A stretch of DNA of 64,000 bases from Chrysomallon squamiferum (Eukaryota > Animalia > Mollusca), in the NCBI GenBank assembly GCA_012295275.1, contig CM022677.1:17050001-17114000 (forward strand). The letters are read 5' to 3'. Position 1 is the first letter of the stretch. Each line of letters starts with the position of its first letter. This document shows, in pieces, positions 41,343 to 54,419 of the stretch. The position numbers and the translations under genes are program-made. The notes beneath the pieces were generated by a model. The model saw nothing but the letters and a program-made list of their open reading frames with translations. It did not search any database and was not told the DNA's origin.

Positions 41343-41612
41343 ATTTCTCTCTTTCTCTATTTCTCTATTTCTCTCTTTCTAAGACATCATATTAATCTCT
41401 TTATCACGACAACAATAACGTTATTTTTCAACGAGTCGCAAACGAAATTACAATCAAATTATCCTTTACAACACACAAACAAAAGCCAAAGAACCAAATG
41501 ACCTAAACGCGGCGAAGAGAATATCCACTTTAAAAAAAAAAAAACACAACCTATTTAAAAATTCATCACATCATTACACACCGAGTATGCAAAAGCATAT
41601 TAGAGAAGAAAC

Positions 41613-41648
<36 letters not shown>

Positions 41649-42269
41649 TGTACAGAATCACAAAAACCATCATCGGCACCATTGTTCAGAATTTGCTGTT
41701 AACACACACAACACACACACAAGTTCTCTACATTAATTATTGACGTATGATGATGACCTAACCTATAAGAACATCAGTTACTTTGAACTGTACGAGTTCT
41801 CTTGTATCCAGCTGTCTGTTGTAAACCTTATTGTTTTCTCTCATCCGCTGTCGCTTCCTGCTTCGCTGAGATACCCAGCGATGCTGGAATCAGTTATTTC
41901 AAAGAACAATAACGTCATCGTAAACGCGTGCTGATTCTAGCTATTCACGTCTGCATGCTAATTTCTCGCGTACCTTGGTTCAGAGAACAGTAGTGTCGTC
42001 ATAATTAACGCTGGTTTAGAGAGAGAAATACCTCGGTACGTTTACCTAGTTTGATGTTTATGAAATGTAATATCAGTTTGAGAAAAAAAAAAAAAAGAAG
42101 AATAATAACGTATTTTAAATAGACGCTGTTTCAGAGATAGGCAATATAACGGTTAATATTTTATTAGTGGTTTCTGATTATATGAACTTCACGAATGTTA
42201 TTTGTTATTGATATTAATTTATATAATGCAATTTTAATTCTTTATGACTCTTTCTTTCCACTTCTGTCT

Positions 42270-42411
42270 ATTTGTCTGTCTGTCTCTCCCTCTCTCTCTC
42301 TTTTTCTCTCTCTCTCTCTTTCCTTTGCTTCTATTTTTAGTATAATTCTGTGTATGCAGGCTGTAATTTCTCTCTTTTCTTTCCTTTTCTCCATTTCTCT
42401 CTCTCTTTGTA

Positions 42412-42496
<85 letters not shown>

Positions 42497-42553
42497 CTCT
42501 CTCTCTCTCTCTCTCTCTCTATCTCTTTCTCTCTCTCTCTCCCTCCCTCTCTC

Positions 42554-42600
<47 letters not shown>

Positions 42601-42614
42601 CTCTCTCTCCCCCT

Positions 42615-42665
<51 letters not shown>

Positions 42666-42690
42666 CTCTCTCTCCCCTCTCCCTCCCTCT

Positions 42691-42768
<78 letters not shown>

Positions 42769-42773
42769 TCTCC

Positions 42774-42870
<97 letters not shown>

Positions 42871-42910
42871 CCTCTCCCTCTCCCTCCCTCCCTCTCCCTC
42901 TCTTCTCTAC
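42270..42910. repeat. ~640-bp polypyrimidine (CT)n/(CCT)n tract
   Basis: Almost continuous pyrimidines on the + strand. Confidence 0.95.
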
Positions 42911-43122
42911 GTTTCCCTTTCTCTGGCTCACACACGCCTTCCACTTTCAATTCACTTCGAGACGCAGAGTAATGTCATTTACACTAGACACTAATCTTAA
43001 ATTTCACGCTAAAGTAAATCTCACTGCTGGGGAGCCTACTTTACGTGCAAGACACAAAAACCAGAACACAACGTAACACCACGTATGCGCTGTCTTTAAT
43101 GAACAGAGAGGAAGCTGGGATG

Positions 43123-43546
43123 AAGAAAAATACATACTGTTTAAATTCGATGAACAATTTAAAGTATACTATGGTAAGAAAAATACATACTGTTTAAATT
43201 CGATGAACAATTTAAAGTATACTATTGTAAGAAAAATACATACAGTTTAAATTCGATGAACAATTTAAAGTATACTACTGTAAGAAAAATACATACTGTT
43301 TAAACTCGATGAACAGTTTAAAGTATACTATTGTAAGAAAAATACATACTGTTTAAACTCGATGAACAATTTAAAATATACGATGGTAAAAAGAATACAT
43401 ACAGTTTAAATTCGATGAACAATTTAAAATAAACGATGGTAAAAAGAATACATACAGTTTAAATTCGATGAACAATTTAAAGAATACGATGGTAAGAAAA
43501 ATAGTGAGAGATTAAATTCGATGAAGGATTGAAAATATACGATGGT
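43123..43546. repeat. 53-bp minisatellite x8 (AAGAAAAATACATACTGTTTAAATTCGATGAACAATTTAAAGTATACTATGGT)
   Basis: Unit starts at 43123, 43176, 43229, 43282, 43335, 43388, 43441 and 43494; divergence increases rightwards. Confidence 0.95.
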
Positions 43547-43851
43547 CATCTAATTATGTTTAATTTACTATGGCTTTTCTTTCTCTCTCCCTTTCTTCTT
43601 TTACTTCTTCATGTTACATGTTCATTATACCATTATGCTATTAAAAGGGCATAATCATAATTGTTCAAATATTGATAAAAATTTGGTTATGGATTCAGCT
43701 AGAAGAAGAAAACGTTAAGATAATGATGAGGGGATGATTATATTAGATGCAAAGCGGCTGAGGTAGATAAAATGAAGTGTGTATGTATGTGTGTAAGTGT
43801 GTGTTTGTGTCTGTGTGCGTGCCTGCGTGTGTGTGTGTGTGTATATATATT

Positions 43852-44051
<200 letters not shown>

Positions 44052-44527
44052 TATACAAACAGAGACACTACTGTATTCATTCATTTATTCATTTCTCATA
44101 ATTTCCTATGAATCGGGCAAATAAAACGAAAGAGATTACGAGTAAATGGAGTCGTGTTGCTATCAGTAACTAAATATGTATCTATTCGCAGAGTTTTATT
44201 TTACACATGAAAATAAAAACCAATAAAGTATACATCATCCTTCAGCTCCTAAGTACTGAGAACTATGAACAATTTCTGATGTTTTCTCGAGCAGAATCTT
44301 ATTTGGTCTAACAAGAAAGAAACATCCACACCTTTCGAACTTTCGATCTCCTTGGATACCATATGAACGACCTCAACATCTAATTTTTAACTCGTCTGTT
44401 ATTAATATTCATGATTCCTTACTTATGTAAGTTTTTTATTTATTTATGTATTGTCGTTTGTCTTTTGTCTTCCAGTATTTGGTTTCAGGTGACACTGCAT
44501 CGCTAAAATTTGTCTCAGTCGCTCTGG

Positions 44528-44665
<138 letters not shown>

Positions 44666-44794
44666 CATCCCTCTCCCTCTCCCTCCCTCTCTCTCTCTCA
44701 ATCAATCAATCAATCAATCCACCTACCTACCTATCTAACCTTAAATTATCGAAATAAAAACAGTAAAGCAGTAAAGCAGTAAAAGCAAACTTAC

Positions 44795-45479
44795 TTCTCG
44801 TGTGCAGTGAAGCCTTGCGCAAGAGCTTGTCGTAATCGGGCTCTTTCGCCTCGTCGAACTGCACGTGCCACGGATCGGAGTACACCATGTTCTTCAGCGA
44901 GTAGAAGATCGGCTCGAGCGCGAAGAAGCAGTTGCTTCTCTCCTGGATGCTCTTGTCGTGGAACAGGAACCCGACTTTGGTGTAGTTCCAGTTGCCCAGC
45001 ACGGACAGCAAGAAGTCCTTCGCCTTGGCGTACGTGCCGATGATCTGCGTCAGCAGCTTGTAGTTGGTCCGGTTCTGGAACGCGGCCACCATCGCCCCGG
45101 ACGTGATCACCGGGATCCGCCAGCGGTACGAGAACCGGGCCACGGGGGCGAGTGCGTATTTGCACGCCGGACCCAGAAACACGTGCGCGTTCCGCTCGAT
45201 GTAGTAGTCGATGGCGGCCAGCGGACCTTCGACCTCGGAGCAGTGCGAGTCCTTGTAGTAGACTTTGATGCGGTGGTTTCGGAGAAGGCGCGGGTGAGAG
45301 CGGATCGTCCCGATTGCGAATTCGATGGCGGGTCGAACTTTGGGCATGATCCACGGCTCTTTGCCTTCCATGGGCAGGATGACGCCGAATTTGATCTTGG
45401 GGATTTTGGCTTCTGATACCCACGCGATGGTGGTGAGGATGATGAGGAGGAGGAGGAACATGCAGCGTAACGACGACAT
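44795..45479 (-). CDS. NPR1-like: NPR-like receptor guanylyl cyclase, coding exon 1 (signal peptide + N-terminal ligand-binding domain; MSSLRCMF...KASLHTR)
   Basis: ATG at 45479 is followed by a hydrophobic signal peptide (MFLLLLIILTTIAWVSEA). Motifs DSHCS..EGPLAAID and VFLGPACKYALAPVARFSYRWRIPVITSGA resemble vertebrate NPR-A [29 protein letters not shown]. Strong GC3 codon bias. Ends A|GTAAGT (donor at 44794); 685 nt, phase 1. Confidence 0.95.
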
Positions 45480-45514
45480 TGCCTTTTTGGGTGGCGTTGG
45501 TTTGTTTGTGAGAG

Positions 45515-45994
45515 AATGTTTAAATGTCTTTTCTTCAGGTGAAAATGCGAAGATGCAAACTCATGGTTGTCCAGAAATAAATGAAATGTAAATTTGTCCT
45601 GAACGGCAATCCGTAGTTTTTACTGGTTAGAGATATTAATGTCTCTGTTCAGATAAAAATACAAAGATACAAACTCATAGTTATCCAGAAATAAATGAAA
45701 TGTAAATTTGTCCTGAACGGCAATCCGTACTTTTGTTTGTTTTTGTGTGGTTTTTGTGTATTATGGTTAGAGATATTAATGTCTCTGTTCAGATAAACAT
45801 ACAAAAATACAAACTCATAGTTATCCAGAAATAAATGAATGTAAACTTGTCCTGAACGGCAATCCGTAGTTATTCTGTTTTCTGTGCTATGGTTAGAGAT
45901 ATTAATGTCTTTCTCTTGACATAAAAATACAAAGATACTAACACACAGTTACCAAAATAAACGAATGCAAACTTGTCCTGAACGGCAATCCGTA
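45515..45994. repeat. Four tandem ~114-139-bp repeats immediately upstream of the NPR-like start codon
   Basis: Invariant 20-mer GTCCTGAACGGCAATCCGTA at 45596, 45710, 45849 and 45975, with shared flanks (AAACTCAT.GTT.TCCAGAAATAAATGAA). Confidence 0.93.
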
Positions 45995-46673
45995 TTAAGT
46001 TTTCCTTGTATTTTTTGCAGTCGTTAAGCTTACGAGTATCGTTCTAGTTGCCTTATTGTTGTTGTCGTAGCTGTTGTTGATACTGTAGTTAAGCGTTCAT
46101 AATTTTATTAAGGATATTACTATCTTACTATTACTGGAGTCGTTCTAAAAAAAAAAAAAAGTTATTTATTGAAAACTCGAATTTTTCCTGTTGCTGTGTT
46201 GGCTGAGTTTTACTATTATTAATAATTTATTGACAACTTTAGATCAATAGTTACTTCTCTACAATATTATTATTTATAATATAATCATAACTTAATGAAT
46301 ACTTTAATAGCCTTACATCAATATTTTTTATTATTGTTAGTATTATTATTATTTATGCAATTATCAATTTATTTATTTTTTCACTGATTTCTCAGATTAA
46401 ACTGCATTCACGTGATATATCATTGCCACAAATCTTGTCGATGCACTATAAAAATGTTTATCATATTAAATCTGTTTTTGTTACAAAGTGCAGATTTCAT
46501 CAACCGAATATGAAAGCATTAGCATTTCCATAGACTGCGAGAATACAAATATTGATTCCACGGCATATGCTACAGGTATAGAAATCTGATGCATGTACGT
46601 ACATACAAATTAGCTCTAATGTACATACGACGACAATTTCGGTTTCATTTTTGTATATAGATTATAGAGGGAT

Positions 46674-46711
<38 letters not shown>

Positions 46712-48449
46712 GTATTATTTTCTTATAAATTTTGTTATTAATTTTAATCCATGTTTTATGTTTCAGTAAGAATCGTGTTTCGTTTTGTTTTTCTCTCGTT
46801 ACTCGTTTTCTTGTTTCTTTTTTTTCTTTTTATTTGTTATTCATTCTTTTTTATTCTGTTTATAATCTTAATTTGTTTCTATACTTTTATATTTTTATAT
46901 TTTTTATCTGCATATATATTGATAATGTATAGAAATATATTTATATTTATTTACTGTGGGTTTTTTTTTTTTTTTTTTTTTTTTTTATTGTTCTCCGTAT
47001 TCCTATCTATATTTACTTCGTTTTAAAATAAAATATGTGTATATAATAATAATATTATAATAAGAGTCCTTTTGTCTGTTTTTATCCAATTTAGGAAATT
47101 AATATCCAGAACAATACAAATACTGCTGTTGTTAATTCAGACGTATGTTTCACAGATAAATAATGGAATTCTACATCTTTTCTTTTCTTTTTCCTGATAT
47201 TTTCTCGTTTTTTTTTTTCTTTTGATCGTTTTTTTCTGTATCCTTTTAAGTCACATGATATGAAATCATTATAGTCTAATCAGAAACTGAAACAATACGA
47301 AACTTATTGATGAATGAAATCGACACAAGTTGAAATAGAAGACTGTATGAAACTGACACAGTTGATATTTGATCACAATCAGCAATGAATGCAAGTGGAA
47401 ATTGACGACAGTATGAAATCGAGGACCAGGATCAAAAGTGAACAGATTAAAACTGATTTTCAACTTAACGTTGATTTTCTTTACAGCTAAAAACTGATTT
47501 TATGGATAAAAGAGCTAATTTGAACATTGATGTTAAAGCTTAAATCTGATTTTAAAGTTTAAAAATGAATTTTTCAGCTTACAAAATGATTTTCCAGGTT
47601 GATACTGATTTCATTGAGAATTCAATACAGTTGATATCAAAAAATTAAGGAATTAACCAGCTTCAAATTATGAAAAAAAAAAAAAAAAAGAACCGATTAA
47701 TTTCAAGAATACGAACTTTCAAAGACACTCACAGCTCTGGTAATAAATTGACGACAGTAAGGAGTCTACACAATGTTAGTCTCTCAAAAGTCAACAAGAC
47801 GTGACTTTTTAGACGTAAGTATTCAGTATATAACACAAACTAATGACGTAACAGTAATCCAAATTAACAGAGATTCATCTGTCGAAATTGGCCTTGAAAA
47901 GTAGCACGTACAAGAATATCACAACCGAACAAATATTTTGTAAAATTAATCCCAATTTTGAACAGTTAAAAGTTCTTCTTGGAATATGTAAAACAGACAC
48001 ACTCGCATTACTGAAGAAAACAAAAAATATATATAAAGTAAAATCTTCTGTTAATCCAGGTTCAGAATTATTAACAGTTAATAAAAGTTCTTCTTCAGAA
48101 GTTCATTACGACCAGTCAATGGTTATTGATGATTAAATAATAAAATAAAATAAATAAAGTCTATTCATCCTGATTCAGAATTCTGAATTGTCGAAAGTTC
48201 CTCTCCAATTTTTTTTTTAACATTAAGAACATGTGTCATAACAAAACTGCACGAAAATATAAAGTCAAAATTACTCTGCATTCAGAACTTAGAGCAGTAA
48301 AACATTCTCCACAGATTTACGAAAAGACAATAATAATGATAAAAAAAATTTAAAAAAAAGATTCTGTTAATCCGGATAATGAATCAAACATCACAGATTA
48401 AGAAACGTACGAAAAAAGTCTTAAATACTAATCCAAAAAAAAAAAAAAA

Positions 48450-49020
48450 AATGACCGTAAAACTTTGACGCTGAACGTAAACGTCGATCACAAACTTCTC
48501 CTCCTACGGAATCCAAAACCAAAAACTATTGAACCGCTAGACGCCTTCGAGTCACGACAAACTGCAGCTCGTATTCCGAACGTTAACGGAACCGCACGAA
48601 CCAATACCAGACGCCAGCGGAATATCTCGACAGCGAGAAAAGAAAAAAAAAAAAAAAAAAAAAATCTTTAGCGGTTTTCTCGTGCACGTCTACAATAGGC
48701 TGAGCGGGAAATCTCGTGCTGTCGTCTTATTTTCTCTCTCTCTCTGTCGCCAAAACGAGACTGGTTCTTCACACGCAGCTGTACTGTACGCCAGTCGAAA
48801 TACGCGAGGAAAGAAAAAGAAGAAAATACGTCGATTGGGACTTATATGAATAATAAAGCTAACAAACAACCGCTAACTGTTAATACAGCCGGTAACGTAG
48901 ATTCTCGATGGTGGTGGTGAGTAAACAGTGTCTTAAAGGTTTTCTGTGATATGTTAATATACGAAACACTGAGCGAATGGCCTGACGTCAACCCACCGCA
49001 AAGCAGCGACACAATGAATG
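48450..49020 (-). promoter_or_regulatory. Candidate promoter/first non-coding exon region of the NPR-like gene (CpG-rich island)
   Basis: Nearest CpG-dense, repeat-poor segment upstream of the ATG, with an E2F-like GCGGGAAA (~48704) and a perfect CRE TGACGTCA (48983-48990). The TSS cannot be determined from sequence. Confidence 0.35.
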
Positions 49021-49809
49021 ATTATAAATATACATAGTTTCTCTCTGAAAGCCAGTAACCCCGTCCAACAATTCACTTTCAATTTCTTAACGTGGCTATT
49101 GACGTTTATTTATGACACGTAGGTAATCAAAAATAAAATACACACACACACACACAAACACACATAGACACCTACAGGCGATATATGTATGAAAATCACC
49201 CACGAATTTTAGCAGAAAGCGAGAACAGTAATTTTTTTTTAACAGCTGAAACAGCTTTGTAAACCGTGCTTGACTTTTTCTCGCTAAAGAAAACACACAC
49301 AATCTGTCCATTGTGTCACAGTGTCGCTTTCACTGCTGGTTGATCGCGTTCGGAATTAATTCAATACTCCAGGAAAAGAGAATAGAGAAAGTGTATTTTG
49401 GTTCGAGCGGTAGACCTTCTTTTTTTTTTTCTTTCTTGTCTCCATTGTCTACAACTTACACAGTCCAGCGTGCAAAGAGTGGCCGCTATTTACCGTGTGA
49501 AATTGTCTGCACAAACGTACACTTATTTCGTTCACGGCGGCGGGTGGGTGGGGGGGGGGTGAGATGAACGGAAAGGCGGGACTTTGCACGCGCAGAGAGG
49601 CCTAGCTCGAGAGAAAGTGACGCGTGAAAAGGGACGCGGAGAGGCGATAACGAGGCTGTAACAGTCAAACGGAGACAAACACTTCTGGTAATCGGATGCA
49701 AATGATCGTAATGCTTTACAAGAGAGACTATTTCGTTTGTTTGTTTGTTTCTGAGGCTCCACACGGGTGGGTTAATATCGAATTAGAAAATACGGTTTTG
49801 GAAAACTAA

Positions 49810-49904
<95 letters not shown>

Positions 49905-50674
49905 TACATCCCACTAATAACCTATCACTAAAACTAAAACAGGGCTATGAACTCACTGAGGCATGCACTAACATATTTCAACTGTACACACACACAACAC
50001 ACCGGTTTATTTTACTAAGCGATACAACAGATACGAAACCTCGGCGTCTGTTGCTGTTTCGTATACAAACAAATCCCACACCCACACCCCCGAAAAAAAA
50101 AACCTCGACAATTTTTCTTCAACACTGTACGTCTATAGACCAATATAATCATCACAGTCAAAAGTGCCAGAAGAGCAACGATAAGCATTTATAACAGCCG
50201 CTATAGCTATCAAGAGATGCAAGTCGATGTGTTTAAGTTAACGAAGCGTAGAGCGATAGATCTCAAAACCCATGACCGTGTAATAGTCGAGGAAAATCCG
50301 AGCGCAAAATACTGACCAACCAGCAAATGCGTTAGTGTGACTCGGTGCAGTTCCGCGTGCGTCCAATGAGATTAATTGTAACAAGCTGTCGCCACGGTCA
50401 CGTGTTTCAAATGGATGCAGGTATATAAAAAAAAAATAATAATTAAAAAAAAGCGAAGTGGAACAGATGTTAAGAATGTTGGTCGATAAAAAAATGTGGT
50501 AAAGCTTGTTATTACTTACTTACTACCACTACAAAATTATCTGTCAGTATTAAAGGGTCGGCTGAGTGTTTTTTTTTTTTTTTTATTTTTGAAATTTTTC
50601 GTTAAACATGTTTGGAAAGTGAATAATAAAGAGAGAAGATGATTGAGGGACACGGAGAATATATTTGTATACAC

Positions 50675-50751
<77 letters not shown>

Positions 50752-50782
50752 GAGATAGAGAAAGAGGGAGAGGGAGGGGAGG

Positions 50783-50853
<71 letters not shown>

Positions 50854-51104
50854 GTTGATTTTAATAAACATTTCTTCAACAGCCATTTCCAATCAATCAC
50901 ATTTCTTGTTTTCGTGCTTCACTTTCAACACAAAATTAAAATATTTATTTATCTCTCAAATTCTCGTACAACATTTTTAATCCATCATAGTTCCATTATT
51001 ATCTTTCACACTCGAAATTAAAATATTTCACATTTGTGTTCATCTTTCTTCCATGATTTCTGCGTTTATTAGTATATTTAATTATAATTATTTGGGATGT
51101 TATC

Positions 51105-51194
<90 letters not shown>

Positions 51195-52489
51195 CTCTCT
51201 CTGTGTATGTATGTATATATCTACTCGCTCTCCCTCTCTTTAATATTCTGAACCAATAAATCATATTTTTAATATAACTTTCCAGTTTGTAATCGGCTTT
51301 CAGTTGTAGAGTTAACTCGTGTTAAACCTCTACAGGTGTCGCCTCATTTGTTGAGCAAATCGTGACAAAGTCCTGCAATAACGGCTCAGTCTCGAACTCT
51401 CATTTCGATCGAACAGCAGCGGAGTCAAACTGTCAGTCAAATCGTAATTTAATTTTGTTTTCCCAGTACAGGAAAGAAAGAGGACTGAACAGTTAGGGAA
51501 AAAGAATGAAATGTATGAATGAAGAAAGGAATGAACAAATGAATGAATGAATGAATGTTTTACAACACCCAGCACGAGAAACGTCATATACATGAAGATA
51601 GACAGATGGAGGGAAGGATGGACAAATGGAAGGATAGTTGGAGAAATCAATGAATGGGTAATGCATGAATGCATTGGCAGCTAGATTAAGTAAAGACAAA
51701 CACACGGACAGATTAACAGGAAGATTAACAAATGCAGGTTATAAACGAACAGATGGCTGGAAAAATAGATGGCATGATTCTTTGATGAATGTATGTAAGC
51801 TGTTGCCAATTTTACCTAAAAGATATGAAAGCATTAAACATCGCTTCATGGTTTCTAAGTGACTAATATCCCCTTCTGCTTAATCGACCCATTATGCTTC
51901 TTTCTTTTTTTCTTTCATAAATTCCCGTTCCAACCATTAACCTCGCCATAACGAAACCTCACTCCAACCATTAGACTGCTTAACAGCTAGCACGTAACAC
52001 TCGATTCCAAAAATACACATCACACCATTAGCAAAGAAACATTCCCCATTCTCTGGTTTCACTACAAGTCACCTTTGTTTATGGTTTTTCAATTCCATTT
52101 CGCTATCACCTCAAAATGGACATGCACACAGTACGGACATAATAACGACGTTCTTGTTTCAGTTTGTTTAAACGTTCGGACAAGAAGCTGTCATTTTTTA
52201 CGAGGTAGTAATTTACACGTTCAATATCATTCAGTGTAGCATATGAAAACGGAGCAAGTATCAGGGGAATCGCTGGGAAAATAAGCTTTCATCTTCCATC
52301 AGAACGAAAAGCGGTTCCTGGAACTTTGAAGCTGAATATATCGGTCTCCTGTATGCTGTAAACTTTTTTTTCACTGGAACAGTTGGGTTTGCGGCTGTGA
52401 TTTAGTTGTGTCGGCGACTCGTAAATTACGTCAGTTTTCAGTTAAACTTCAAAAGTGTCAAATTTGTCGTTCAGAAGTGACGTAGTAGA

Positions 52490-53290
52490 TGACGTACTTA
52501 TTTACTGAATTCCCACCTGACGTATCGTTTATTTATTTTTCTTCCTGACTTACTCACTGACTTACTTACGTACTTATTTGCTGACTTATTTAATGTATCA
52601 TTCACGTGTTTATTGACTTACTCACTGACTTATTTACTTACGTACTTATTTACTTACTTGTTCCAGCTCTCTGACAGTATGCTTAACTTATTAATAACGT
52701 GCTTACTGACATAGTCTTTATGACTTACGCATTGACTGACTTACATCGTAATTTACGAACTGTATGATTTAACTTAATTATTGAATGACTTCGTGTTTCA
52801 CTGACTGTATAATTAATGAATTACTTCCTGACTTACCGATTATATGACATAATTATTTACTGACGTAGTGTCTGTATGACTTACGTTTTTACTAACTTAC
52901 CTCACGACTTACTGACTATATGACGTAATTAATTACGTCATGTACTTCCTCATTAATTAACTAATTACTGAGTTATATTTTGACTCGCTGACTGTATGAC
53001 TAACGCATTTACTGACTTCTCGCGACTTACGAACTGTATGACTTACGAAATTACTGACTTACTTCTTGTATGACTTACTGGTTTAGTGACTTAGTCACTG
53101 AGCCACTGAGTGTATGACGTACTTAATTACTGAATTACTTTCTTACTGAGTTTTCACTGCCTACAGGACTGACTTGTTTACTGACTTACTGCTTTACTGA
53201 TTGTGTGACTGATTTATCGGCTCAGACACTTACTCAATTGCTCAGTGACTGTTTGCGTTATTACTGACTGAGTGACTACACAAACAACTG
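52490..53290. repeat. Degenerate low-complexity satellite rich in ACTGACTTAC/TGTATGACTTAC motifs
   Basis: Dozens of TGACT/CTTAC/ACTGA words over ~800 bp without an exact period. Confidence 0.7.
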
Positions 53291-54419
53291 ACTATATGAA
53301 TGCCTATTCCACATCATTACTATTACTATTTATTATTATTGTTGTTGTTGTTATTATTATTATTTTTATTTTTATTATTGTTGCTGTTGTTGTTATTGTT
53401 ATTATAATTATTGTTATTATTATTTTTTTTTTTTTTTGTTATTGTTGTTGTCGCTGTTTTGTTGTTCCGTTGCTGTTATTTTTGTTGTTGTGGTTGTTTT
53501 ATTTTGATCATTATCATCATTATTATCAATATTATCGTTATTAATAATTAGCATCACCATAATCATCTTTTACTTTTTTTTACCCCATCACCCATTTGTC
53601 TCTCTCTATCTTTTGCCACTGTGTTCTGGAGATTTAAAAAAAAATTATTCTCCAGGTTATGTTTTCTCATTATCAGTTAGCAAACAGCTTGAACCGCACC
53701 AATACGCATTGAAAGGTTTGCCCTGACATGCAGTCAATGAAAACGCGTCCATAATCTTTGGGTTCTATTTCCACTTTTTCTTTAGATTAGAATCACTTTA
53801 TCTGACTGGTTATACAGATCGTTCATTGGTCACCTAAAACAAAAGTCGCTTCTGACATCAATAAAAAAATCGTTAATTTATACAAAAATATATATTAGTC
53901 TAGTCTCAGCGTCATATCAGAAATAAGAAAAGACTGGTAGATTTAGATACGACAAGCCTATAAGCCATGGGAAACGTTAAATGCCTTCTTTGACAACAGC
54001 TAACAGCTACCTAATCAGATAAAAAAAAAAATTGCCTGTATAATAACTGAAATGAAAATCAGAATCTCTTCCTCAGACCTGTGTGATACCTTCACCACCA
54101 GACTTTCTAACTTTACAGCTGAATCCAGCTCTGAGTATTAAAACAAACTCTTCGCGAAACCTGAGACTACAAATTTCCCGCCCTCGAAACACAACAGGTC
54201 CAATATTTATTTAGCTTAATCGCCATATTAATTCTCTGGCAGTCATTCCTTTCATGGCGCGTGCCGAGAACTCGACAAATGTCATTAAACGTGATGGATT
54301 GGTTTGTCTTAGCGATTTTCCTCCTTCTGACCCGGGCGCTCCACGGCCTGTGTTAGAAATTACCTGTCAGACTAAACGAAAACGCCATCACTCAGCAAGC
54401 GGGCAGAAAGGTGTACGCA

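Noticed and set aside
42195-43076. Longest ORF in the track (293 aa)
   Set aside because: Almost entirely (CT)n, giving poly-SL.
44727-44794. Read-through of exon 1 to a stop codon, giving a secreted truncated ectodomain (250 aa ORF)
   Set aside because: A consensus GTAAGT donor sits at 44794 and homology continues in exon 2; there is no evidence for intron retention.
44865-45416. 183-aa antisense ORF and 210-aa alternative-frame ORF (44791-45423) over exon 1
   Set aside because: Explained by the high GC3 of the real exon, which removes stop codons in other frames; no independent homology recognised.
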